DNA from: Octopus sinensis
Taxonomy: Eukaryota
Direction: 5' to 3'
DNA: 64,000 bases
NCBI RefSeq assembly: GCF_006345805.1
Contig: NC_042999.1
Location: forward strand, 79,918,001-79,982,000
Under the pieces are notes generated by a model. The model searched no databases. It saw only the letters and a list, made by a program, of their open reading frames with translations, and was not told where the DNA came from. Both the position numbers and the translations under genes were made by a program. Position 1 is the first letter of the stretch. Each line of letters starts with the position of its first letter. Below are positions 53,081 through 64,000 of this stretch, one piece after another.

Positions 53081-54947
53081 TTGATGATCATGTTTTATAG
53101 TAAGTGGAGTTGGAGAATCTTGTTTTCAGGATTAATCTTTCTTTTTTTTTTTTTCATGCTTTATTTATTTTTTTCTGCTTGATTTCCCTTTAGAATTGTA
53201 ATACTAGTTTTGAAGGTCGACTTGTAATGTCAGTGTTTTATCACGACTCTAACATGCAGGAGAACTCGGGCACGGTATTACCAGGCTACAAAATACTCCT
53301 ATAATTTCAAAGTGTTGCTCTCGTTGTCCTTGTTGTTGCAGTGTTGAAAATCGAACGGAAGAGATTAAAAAAGAAAATAACGTGATGAAGGTTACTACAG
53401 CTCCGCCAAGCAAAATGATCTTATTACTGACTTCTCATATAATTATAAATACACCATGTCGAATGTATATCCACTGACTTCTTATTTAACAGAGGAAATG
53501 TATGTATTTAGAGCCAGCAATTAATGCAGCATATCATTTGCAATGTAAACAGGCTTGTCGTTAATATTTGATAAAACAAACTGTGAGGCGTCTTACACGA
53601 ATTTATTGAAAGATATGCATACTGATACATATACGTTGTGAGAGAGAATAAGACAGAGAAAGACAGAGACAGACATGGCGAGAGAGCAAGAGGAAAAGAG
53701 AAGGAAAAAGAGAGCGAATGAAGATTAGCTCTGATCATGCAGACCTAGAATACTGTTTGCTGAGGAGGTCTAATAATACAGAAGTATGTTCGTTATTTTG
53801 TTCATTTGGTCTCACGACAGGATTCACTTTTAAACTATATTTTCTATATTTTCCCAAAACTTACAAAGACACTCGTGAGTAGTTCATTTTATGAATAATT
53901 TCAGTTAACGTTCTCTTTTCATCGCATTATATAAATACGTGAGATCTTGTCGTATTTATACGATAAAAAGCCTTCCAGCTGCGATCTTTGTATTACATTT
54001 TCAGATGCAGTCTTTGCAATGTGCTTTTCTTTTTATGTTGAGGACACTCAGTCTTAGTTTGAAGAAAATGTTACTGTTCTTTTTAGTTGACCATGAGACA
54101 GTGTAAACATTCCGCTGTAGGTCCGTGCCAATTTTGGAAATGGTACTTAAACCTATCGAAATGTGGTGCGTATTTGTATCTAGGTGTGCTCTATTAATAA
54201 ATGTTCAACATAACCACAAGATGCAAAGCACGCCTGCAGCCAGACTAAACATGAACAATTACCCCTCATTTCAGTTAGTCGTCCGATACCCAGGCGCTGT
54301 GTCTAATATATATGACTTTCTAATCTCGACAGCAGTAGCATTGGGGATCTAAAGAGAGTATATATGTGTCGTCGCTGCCAATGTCGTTATGTTCTTGTTC
54401 AATAGCATTTAGTCAGCTATGTTCACGCGTAGATTTGGATAAAGAAATCATCTAGAATTCAATGGTCATTTTAATTGCACAATGCAGTCTTTACTGGATT
54501 TAAACACTGGAGTTAAAATATGCATTCATTTACTTTACAGACCATGTACGATTATTTCTGGTAAATAATCATTGCAATATTTGTGCATACCAAGCCTTTT
54601 AGCCCAGCATCTACTTCCACTCTTCCAGACACAGAAACTTCGTTCAGCCAACCTACCAACTCCCGTCTATATTACTATCACTATTACCGGATATTGTTCA
54701 ATTATACTGCATAGAACTACCTCTTCTCCGGTAAAGGCCAGAATGGGTAATTTCCAAATTTCTATTTTCTTCATGTTAACTAAATATATTTAAACTATGA
54801 CAATTTCTCTTCGATTTCTAATTATCAAATGGCGTACAATAACTTTGAATTAGATATGAAATGAAAAGACTTTAAGAAGTCGGTTCGATAGCGATTAAAA
54901 TGTGTTGTATACTCCATTCACGTTGTTATTAACACTAAAAATAAGAC

Positions 54948-55085
54948 CATTATCTACATTCGACGATATTTGTCCTCATCTTGATTGTTGTTAACACAAC
55001 GTTTAGTCTGATATAACCTCCAGCCTTCCTCAGGTGTCTTCGGAAAATTTTGAACCTAGGTTCTCATTCCTAAGGCATTTTTCGA

Positions 55086-55137
<52 letters not shown>

Positions 55138-56025
55138 GTTGTTGTTGTTGTTGTTATTATTGTTCAGGTTACTGCTTGGAATCGAACTCGGAATCTTGAG
55201 GTTAGTAGCCCGCGCTTTTAACCACTACGCCATATGCCCACGAGCATATGGCTTAGTGGTTAAGAGGTCTCTCCGAATAGATACAAAAGATATGCGGATC
55301 ATATGACATCAGAGCAGTATTCAAGAGTAACACAACACTTCGCAAATATCTCCTTCGAGTAAAACCACCAGTAGAAGAGAATATGACCAAAGACTGCTTG
55401 TACGCCATCCCATGCAGCTTATGGTAAGTTATACAAAGGCGAAACATGCCACCCCCTCAAAATAAGGGTAGGCGAACATCGCAAAGCTGTGACACGAGGA
55501 GATATCGATAAATCGGATGTAACTGATCATGTATGGAAAAATGGAGACCACCTCCTCACCTTGTGGGATGAAGTTAAAATAATAGACAGAGAACACCACT
55601 GGAAAATACGAAAACTAAAAGAAGCAGCACATATGCTAGGACACAACAACTTCCTAAGCAGACCGAATGCAGATAAGAGCAGCATATGGGGACAGGTATT
55701 AAGGAAGGATAGAAAAATACTAGATTTATAAGACCTAAAATTCACTCCATAATTGCTCACGGGCATATGGCGTAGTGGTTAAGAGCGCGGGCTACTAACC
55801 CCCAACAACAACAGCAACAACAACAGCAACAGTAACAACAACAATAATAAAAACATCGAAAAATACTTTAGGAATGAGAACTCAAGTTCGAAATTTCCCA
55901 AGACACCTGAAGAAAGCTTGGAGGGTATATCAGCCGAAACATTGTGTTTACAACAAACAAGATGAGGACCAATATCCGTCAAATGTAAATAATGTACGTA
56001 ATTCCTCATCTCTTAAATATAGAAC
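54948..56025 (+). mobile_element. 5'-truncated Penelope/Poseidon-type PLE with inverted pLTRs; pLTR = tRNA-like head plus hammerhead
   Basis: 55262-55731 encodes GLSE.IQKICGSYDIRAVFKS..LYAIPCS/YGKLYKGET..LKIRVGEHRK..SDVTDHVW..RKLKEAAH (GIY-YIG, frameshifted). pLTRs at 54948-55246 (-) and 55754-56025 (+); HHRs at 54993-55038 (-) and 55902-55948 (+). Confidence 0.9.
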
Positions 56026-58112
56026 TGTAAACATAAGTTGTTGTTTAGCATGTATATTTTTTCTATAGCCTGACTCTTCTTTGACCATCAAAACTTCGTC
56101 GTTAGCCTACGTTAGCCCATTGATATTACATAGTTCCATCACTGTCACTTTTAACCTTTGGCCATTATATCCTCGTACTTTCTTATGTAGGACAATATCA
56201 TCCATTTAAACTGTAAACCATTTTTAGCGAATGCAACCAACGAAGAAACTCCATCGTTGACTCGTTTCTTTTGCATATTGGAATAGTTAATTATTTCAAA
56301 GGATTGAAAAAAATTTCTTTGAAAAATGTAGCGTTCTAGAAACATGTGTGAATTGCTACATTCACCGATTTATATATGTTACATATTCATACGAGATATC
56401 CTACATGACTGTATATGATATCTTGCCTATTTATATACGTTTAATATTTAGCGTAAACATTCGAATACCAAATGTTGAAGCCAGTAATGGAGGAGAAAAT
56501 TGAAAAACCTGCCGGAACAAAGCATAGGAAATCAAAAGCTAGAAAAATTCTCTATTGTACAATTGAAAATAAAAGGTGTCAACTGTCACAACAAAAATAT
56601 TCGAATGTAAATATATGAAGCTGCTTATTCGTATGAGTGAATGACTTTACAGGAATGACGACAATACCAATGAATATCTCATTGTATATTTATTTATATT
56701 CTAATAGCTGCGATGAGAGAAAACACTCAGATAATGATATGATTATCGTATAGGTAATATTTATCACTATATTTAACACGCTTGTGATTTTTCCGCTCTG
56801 TGTTGTGAATATATCTATATATGTGTGTGTATGTACGTATAACTACATCCGGTGTGTAAGCATAAACGCGCATATTTATAATCGTCATACATAAAATACG
56901 TAAACACACGCACTTACACACATACACGATGTGGGTACAATCTAAATGCTTACAGTTCCGTTAAATCTTGGCAGCTGTCAGATATGCAGTTCTGTAGTCA
57001 AGCGGGAATATATTACTAATTGTCACATGATCCTACAGAATACAGTGGAAGAACACAAACACACAGGCACATACATACATATATATATATATATATACAC
57101 ACATATATATATATGTATATATACACATATACATATATGTGTGTGTGTGTATCTATACGCACACACGTATATACGTACACACACACACACGCACATATAT
57201 ATATATATATATCATGTAATTTAGATAATTCCTACTCTACTTTCGACAACAAGCCTCAGTTACAAAGTTACTTTGAAGCTAAACACACACGTGGTGCGCG
57301 CATGCACTCACACACGTTCACACATATACACACACTCATGTACACGCGCATATATAGAAACATACATAGACATACGTATGTGAATATACATGTATATATA
57401 CCCATATGTTTGTATGTATATATGTATGTATTTACACTTATATGTGTGGGGTGAAGGAGAGGGAAGGGAGATAGAGAGACGGAGGCACATCAGAATGGTA
57501 AAGAAATTTACCTAACAATCAGGATTCCTCGCGTCTGGTCCAACTGTGTGCCATTATGAGCAAATGACTTTTAACATGAATTTCGGTGAGCTAAGACATG
57601 TAAATGAAATTATGGAGACAAATCCTTTGAAAGCCAGTTGATTTTTCTTTATTTGTAAATGAAGTGGCCAGTCAGTTCTTCGCTATTTCGAACGGAGAAT
57701 GTTGTTACTGTTACAAGTGTCTGTGGAATGATTGGTCACATTACAATCCACTGATCAAAAAATTATATTGATCAAACTTATTTAATACTCATCGTCGAAA
57801 GAAGATATCCATTTGCTTGAATTTTACTATAAATCTATAGCAGAGTAGTGAATAAAGTCTCTTTCTAGCCATTAGAACCCGAGCCCTACTATATTGCTAG
57901 GCTATATGAGTAAAAATGTGAAAAACTGTGTGGAAGTGGGCGCAGGAGTGGCTGTGTGGTAAATAGCTTGCTTAGGAACCACATGGTTCCGTGTTTAGTC
58001 CCACTGCGTGTTACCCTGGGCAAATGTTTTCTACTATAGCTTCGGGTCGATCAAAGCTTTGTGAGTCGATTTGGTAGACGTAAAGTGAAAGAATATATAT
58101 ATATATATAACA

Positions 58113-58644
58113 TTAATTAAGGGTAGAAATCAATATTTATCAATTAAAACCAGTGGTCTAGCATTTTTTTAATATGCTAGACCACTGGTTTTAATTGATA
58201 AATATTGATTTCTACCCTTAATTAATTTTATAAAAAACTAAATATGTTCTCTAACTGATAAATTGACTGCTGCTAATTATTAGCTGCAGGCTATTTTCTT
58301 CGGGTCTCAACGCGCCAAGGTGAAAGGCATTTGAAATACACATTCGAATGTAATTGGTTGAACTCTACGCACATGATGATACTCCGGTATCGTTTTTGCA
58401 TCTAGTTCAGCAGATTGCATTCATATCGGCCATGCTGACGAAGACTACGGGTATCCTTACGAATAATAATAGTCGAAACTGATTCAGTACATGGATGAGT
58501 ATTGTTTTTCGTATATTTTCACTTGTTAATTGCTTGGGTTGGTGTTGAGTTTGATCTGAGAACATAATCTTTTGTGGAGAATGGCGATTTGACGTCTATA
58601 TCTAGCATGTTGACTGTCCACTTTTTCGTGTTCAGTCCTTAATT

Positions 58645-58646
<2 letters not shown>
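58113..58646 (+). mobile_element. non-coding HHR-bearing element with a perfect terminal palindrome, inserted in (TA)n
   Basis: Perfect IR of ~55 bp at 58113-58227; HHR at 58430-58494. Confidence 0.75.
58430..58494 (+). ncRNA. type-I hammerhead ribozyme with intact core and all three stems
   Basis: CCATG-CTGACGA-A-GACTA..TAGTC-GAAAC-TGATTCA-GTA-CATGG; predicted cleavage after GUA at 58489. Confidence 0.88.
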
Positions 58647-58705
<59 letters not shown>

Positions 58706-59270
58706 ACATATATGTATGTATATGTGTATGTGACTGTGTTTGACCCCCCACCATCTCTTGATAACCAATGTTGGTGTGTTTACGTCCACGTAACTTAGCG
58801 GTTCGGCAAAAGAGACCGATAGAATAAGTACTAGGCTTACAAAGAATAAGTCCTAGGATCGATTTGTTCGACTAAAGACGGTGCTGCAGCATGGTGGCAG
58901 TCAAATGATTAAAACAAATGAAAAAAGAAAAACAAGAATAAATACGTCGGATGTATTGTGCATGTAATTCAAAACCCCACCAATGTCTGACAGTGGTGCA
59001 CTGATTCTACTTGAGAACTATATTAAGTGTACTGGCGTGTGAGAAATACTTAACCACTTACAAGCTGATTCTGTGAGTAGGTAGTTCGGTGGAGAACCAT
59101 TGGACGCCCATATGTTGTTTTCGATAGAAGATTCTAACACAACTACATACGCACATGCACGCACACGCACATGCACACACACGCACACAATCATGCACAC
59201 AAACACACATATATTCGCCATGCTTGACCACTAAATCTACACGTGTTCTTTTTCTCAATCTCTCTCTCTC

Positions 59271-59583
59271 TCTCTGTTGAAAGGCGTAGGCTCGAAACGT
59301 AAATGACTTTTTCATTTTCCCGAGCGTTCATACACTTGTCTTCGTCTTTTTTTCCTATAAATTTCAGCCATATATATAGTTAATAAAACATATATCAGAA
59401 AAGAAGCAGACTCTAAAGAATAGAGCAGTAGTTGTTACAACAAAAATTAAAATTATACCTTTCTGTTGAAGAGCGTACACTCGAACGTGAAACACATTTC
59501 ATTTTACCCGAGCGTCAAACTAATACTCTTGCTTATTGTTCTTTTCATACACCTGTCTTCGTCTTTTGTTTTCTATAAATTTC

Positions 59584-59590
<7 letters not shown>
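59271..59590 (+). repeat. two tandem copies of a short repeat with a CUGUUGA-core hammerhead-like motif
   Basis: Copies at 59274 and 59463; inferred consensus CTGTTGA-A-GAGC-GTAG-GCTC-GAAAC-GTA. Shared tail TCTTCGTCTTTT..CTATAAATTTCA ends at TA. Confidence 0.7.
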
Positions 59591-59658
<68 letters not shown>

Positions 59659-59659
59659 C

Positions 59660-59950
59660 TGAGTTTCGCTTGGGATTACTATGGTACGCTGAAAAGTATC
59701 TCCCGAAAATGTTAGATACATATTGTTTCATTTAATATACACCTCCGAATGAATATGTATATGAGGTTAAACAATTCTGGACCGAACTTCTTTTTCAAAG
59801 ACCTCTCTGGTCGAATACATAACAAGTTTTTCATTGAAAGAATAAAATTCATACTGCAAAAGAATTATTTCAATTGCGTTGTAATCAATAAAGAACAAAT
59901 AATTTGGATCACGATGGGAACAATTGTTGGGCCAACTTAAGCAACTAATT
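59660..59950 (+). mobile_element. Penelope-like reverse transcriptase fragment (decayed)
   Basis: FW..LSGRIHNKFFIERIKFILQKNYF..QIIWITMGTIVGPT*A matches the PLE RT pattern IL.NNYF..Q..GTAMGT..APTYA. Confidence 0.7.
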
Positions 59951-60220
59951 TGCCTCAAGACATGGGAGACACGGGAGAACGAAAATAGTATCTAATTTGC
60001 AAATAAAACTTTGCTGAGTGCTGAGTGCAACAACATCCAAATGAAAAGGGGAGATAATATATGTATGTACACACACACATGCATAAATAGAAAACACCTT
60101 GCCACATATATGTATGTGTGCGTATGTGTGTGTCCATGCGTTTATAACACACATACAATGCATATATATGAGTGTATGTATATATGTATATATGTGTTTC
60201 TATATAAACATATAGATATG

Positions 60221-60284
<64 letters not shown>

Positions 60285-60482
60285 AGTAGTGTTGAATGAA
60301 TTATCTTATTAAGGATAATTCGAAAGATAACCGATACCTGGGTAGCAAATTCACATCAGAAAGAACACGGTTGAAGTTACGTCCCTAGGGCATAGACTAC
60401 GTGCTTTCGTGCGGAAATTTGTATGTTTATTTTAAAAATATAAGTTTATGAAAGAATGGAGTTGAACGACTTGTTAACAAAT

Positions 60483-60582
60483 TTCCTTTATTTTCGACAT
60501 ATGTTTCGAAGGCTGCATATTCCTAATTCCGAAGGAATAAGGAGTACATTATGCAGATTTCTCATCAGGAAAGGCAAGGAAC
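60483..60582 (-). ncRNA. hammerhead ribozyme in the PLE 3' pLTR
   Basis: Reverse complement of the 62473..62571 motif; stem II includes CTGCATA/TATGCAG. Confidence 0.85.
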
Positions 60583-62472
60583 TTATGTCGACATCAAAAT
60601 GCACAAAAAACTTTTAGCTGACTGCTCTCAAAGAGCCCATGGCGATAATGAGTGTCTGTTTATAAGGAGTGACGTCAGAGTGGCTGAATGTAGAAGAATC
60701 TAGAAGGATCTAAAGGTTCAAGGGTTCAAACGAAGTAGGAGGAGGGAGGCATAAGAATAGTGAGGTGAGAGGGTGCAGGTCAAAAGAATGGTGTGTTTAA
60801 TTGATTTCTTTTATGAATGAGTGCCTGTGTGTGTGACTGTATATAACTGTCATAATGTGTGTATGTATGTGAATGCGTGATTGTGTTTGTGGATGGGTAG
60901 ATGTCAGAAAACTGACAGCTGTGAGGTGAGAGGTCTGTGTGTTTGATTGTGTTTACTGTAGAGAAAGGGAAGTAGAGAGAGAAAGGGAGGAAGAGTCGGG
61001 CGAGGTGAGAGGCAACGCTGGAATGGGTAGTAGTTCTTGGAATTATAAGAAAATCTTTTGACTATTGGGGTGAAATATAACAAAACTTTTTTGGAAATCG
61101 AGGGGTTATCTATATTAGTCACTATTCATATGAGTGAAAGGTGTGTCGTTTCCAGTGTAAGCACCTGTAAGGCCTTTCGACGATTGTATTTATTAAAGGG
61201 ACTTTGGTGAACAAAATATGAAAAAGTTCGGAATTACAGATGCCACAAAATTTTCTGCCCTTATCAAACGGGAAGGACACTGACAAAATGGACCATTCCA
61301 GCTTGAAAGAAGTATTATTGTTCTTCAGACGCCAGACTAATTTGCTTAGCACCGTGCTGTGTTGCTTTCTCTTATCTCTGAAAGTAGAATAATGGTTGGA
61401 GATCCTTTGGGCTAATTTAGAAGAGGTTGCGCCAATGTAGAAGTAGACATCGGTTCCAGAAGTAAATTTGCACTGGTAAGTGGTGTTTCTAATTTTGGAA
61501 TTTTGGGATAAGAACTTTAATCTGTTGGGGTTGGTTTCCGATACTAAGACAGAGTTTTTATTGTTGTGATAGGTGTAAAAATTGTTGCTGGCTTTGGCCA
61601 TGATACTATTCATCTTATTATCATTACTATTAGTTGTAATATCGTCGGCAAATTCCCTGGCTATAGGAATGCTGCGATTGTTATCATCAATAATTTAACT
61701 GTTATTAAGAATGCTGTTACTATTACCACTAACACCACCACTATTAATAATCTGGTTAATGTTATTATCATTATTACTATTGCTAACGCCAATGCTGCTA
61801 TGAATGTTGCTAATATCCATACTACTTCTATTATTATTATTATTGTATGTTAGGTTGGAATAGGTAAGGGCGGTGTCGCTACTCTTGGGTGATGAACCCT
61901 TATTTAGCAGCTTATTATTGTGGAAAGCTATTATCTGCGATAGATTTTTAGTATTTGAGAATGCAATCCTTACTTTATGCGAATTTATAGTGGAGTAATA
62001 TCTAGAATTCCTAGGAAAATTCTTAGCTACAGCTTCACGGAATTGTAAAGGGAGGTTAGACCTGATTTGTTTCCCGAAAGGAATCACAAACCAGATATAG
62101 TTTTTTTGTTCTTGGAATGGCTCAGAGTGTTAACATTTACATTAAAGGGCGTATTTCTGTGTAGTAGAATGGGTTTTGGTTTACGATGGCCTCCCCTGGT
62201 CCGCAAATTATTTTTGTTAAATATATTATTGTCGACGTTGCTAGAGCTGAAATCACTAATTATGTTATTTATATTATTATTAGTAGTTATCTTATCTTGA
62301 TGGGTAAATATTAGTTTAGGATGGGCCGGATCGATATATGATACCTTATCCCTATAACCGGCCTTTGACAAGGCGGCGTTATAAAATTCCGCTTTTTGTT
62401 TAAAAATGTCGACATTTGCAGATAAATTTGATAGTCTTAAGGATATATTTTTAACCAAATTATCGGTGATAG

Positions 62473-62571
62473 TTCCTTGCTTTTCCTGATGAGAAATCTG
62501 CATAATGTACTCCTTATTCCTTCCGAATTAGGAATACGCAGCCTTCGAAACATATGTCGAAAATAAAGGAA
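62473..62571 (+). ncRNA. hammerhead ribozyme in the inverted pLTR
   Basis: TTCCTTGC-TTTTC-CTGATGA-GAA..CTGC..GCAG..TTC-GAAAC-ATAT-GTC-GAAAA-TAAAGGAA. GUC site at 62556-62558; palindromic ATAT loop. Confidence 0.85.
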
Positions 62572-62644
62572 ATTTGTTAACAAGTCGTTCAACTCTATTC
62601 TTTCATAAACTTATATTTTTATATATATATATATATATATATAC

Positions 62645-63775
62645 AAAGCAAATTTATTTTAATATGGGGTAGGACCCCCTGTGGCAGTAATTACAGCTTG
62701 AATTCTACGAGGTATAGACTCGTACAAAGTTTGAATTGTTTCCAAAGGAATTCTTGTCAATTCTTCAGCTAAAACAGTCTCCAGTTCTTGTAGTGATGAT
62801 GGTGGAGGATATCGACTCCTTACTTGTTTTTCTAAAATGCACCATAAATGTTCAATAATATTGAGATCTGGGGACTGTAGTGGCCAGATAAAATGTTCAG
62901 CTTCACTAGAATGTTCCTCGTGCCATTCAGTAACAACTGTAGCTGCGTGAATTGGTGTATTATCCTCCTGAAAGATTGCGTTTCTCTCTGGAAACAGTTC
63001 CGCAACCATAGGATGAGTGTGATTAGATTAAATGCGTAAACAGTATAGACTCTTAATTCTGCCATGAAGGGTAACTATTGGGCCGGCGGAATTCCAAGGT
63101 ATAGCCCCCCAAATCATCACAGATCCTCCTCCATGTTTAACAGTTGGAAGAAAGCAGTCTGGGTCAAATGCTTCTTTTGGCTGTCTCCACACGTATACTC
63201 GGCCGGTGGTCGGAAATAAGATAAGGATGACTCATCCGAGAAAATAACATTCTTCTACTGCTCTAGGGACCAATTCTGTAGGTTTTTACTCCACCGTAAA
63301 CGCTTTGCAACGTTTGTTTTTGAAAGTAGTGGTTTCCTGATTGCAACCCTCCCTCTGGCTTTGTGCAGCTACCGACGAACGGTTTTTGTGGAAACTGAGT
63401 TCGCGAGGTGGTCATTAAGCTCTGCATATAATTTTGGGAGCTGTACTTTTGTGATCCTTTCTAACAATACGCATAAGAGTCCGACAGTCGCTATCTGCAA
63501 GTTTTGGTTTTCTTCCGGAGTTTTGTTTCGACGAGAAGATTTTTCCCTCCTTCTCAAAGGCTATCATTACTTTCGTGACAGTACTTCTTGATACATCAAA
63601 CATTTCGGTTGTCTTCGTTACGCTAGCACCTGCCATACGAGCACCAACAATTTGATCTCTTTGAAAGTCCGATAGACATGTCATTTTGATGAATTTTAAT
63701 TACATTTTTCTGATGATACCTAAAAGAAACAGCAATTTTAGCAAGACATATAAGCAAAAACTAATAAAAATATGT
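62645..63775 (-). pseudogene. Tc1 (DD34E) transposase pseudogene, near full length, frameshifted
   Basis: LSDFQRDQIVGARMAGASVTKT..VSRSTV..SGRKPKL; VSTKTVRR; VIFSDES; TVKHGGGSVMIWGAI; FQEDNTPIH; WPLQSPDLNIIEHLW; LYESIPRRIQAVI..GGPTPY. TIRs not seen. Confidence 0.93.
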
Positions 63776-63778
63776 ATA

Positions 63779-63813
<35 letters not shown>

Positions 63814-63849
63814 CATGTATAATGTGCGTGTTTGTGTATTCGTCTGCCG

Positions 63850-63903
<54 letters not shown>

Positions 63904-64000
63904 ATATATATCTATATATACATGTTATAGGATGTTACTGTATGAGAATATGAGAAATACTAGAAGATATTTTCGTTTAAAGTACTTCTATGTCATATGT

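Larger units (their letters stand above)
57939..58935 (+). mobile_element. SINE family A split by an insertion into its internal (TA)n
   Basis: 5' half 57939-58092, 3' half ~58730-58935. Confidence 0.85.
60285..62621 (-). mobile_element. 5'-truncated Penelope-like element (Naiad-like motifs) with inverted pLTR, between (TA)n tracts
   Basis: ~62470 to 61122: RLSNLS..F..Y.AAL.KAGY (thumb), YIWFVIPF, NFP..INSHKVRIAFS, TTYQC..FYIGAT..RISNH (GIY-YIG), CGIC, CLH. One frameshift at ~62100 and one TAA at 61695. IR 60433-60583 versus 62471-62621. Confidence 0.92.

Noticed and set aside
61122-62503. Selenocysteine recoding as in some Naiad PLEs
   Set aside because: The CxxC cysteines are TGT codons, the internal stop is TAA, and the TGA at 62084 results from a frameshift in an A run.

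Overview
AT-rich, microsatellite-saturated eukaryotic DNA. The SINE families, (TA)n/(AAT)n expansions and LINE content resemble an octopod cephalopod (Octopus-like); this is an inference from repeat content. No complete host gene is visible. There is a tentative minus-strand model of two putative 5'UTR exons ending in ATG and a 117-nt Gln/Pro-rich coding exon. Most of the ORF track is translated microsatellite. Recognisable content: two tRNA-derived SINE families (one MetaSINE-like, one sharing its 3' tail with a CR1/L2-group LINE in the window), several R4/Dong-like LINEs in (AAT)n tracts, Tc1, mariner and maT-like transposase remnants, a hAT MITE, and four Penelope-like (PLE) remnants. The most striking signal is a dense set of minimal type-I hammerhead ribozyme (HHR) motifs from many unrelated repeat families. 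They often lie in inverted pairs inside (TA)n and include core variants (U3:A8, C4, U6). One family couples a tRNA-like Pol III head to a hammerhead. It occurs both as the pseudo-LTR of a GIY-YIG PLE (54.9-56.0 kb) and as a solo copy with a target-site duplication (21.36 kb), making it a candidate Penelope-mobilised, ribozyme-bearing SINE. All alignments and folds were done by eye, and repeat boundaries are approximate.
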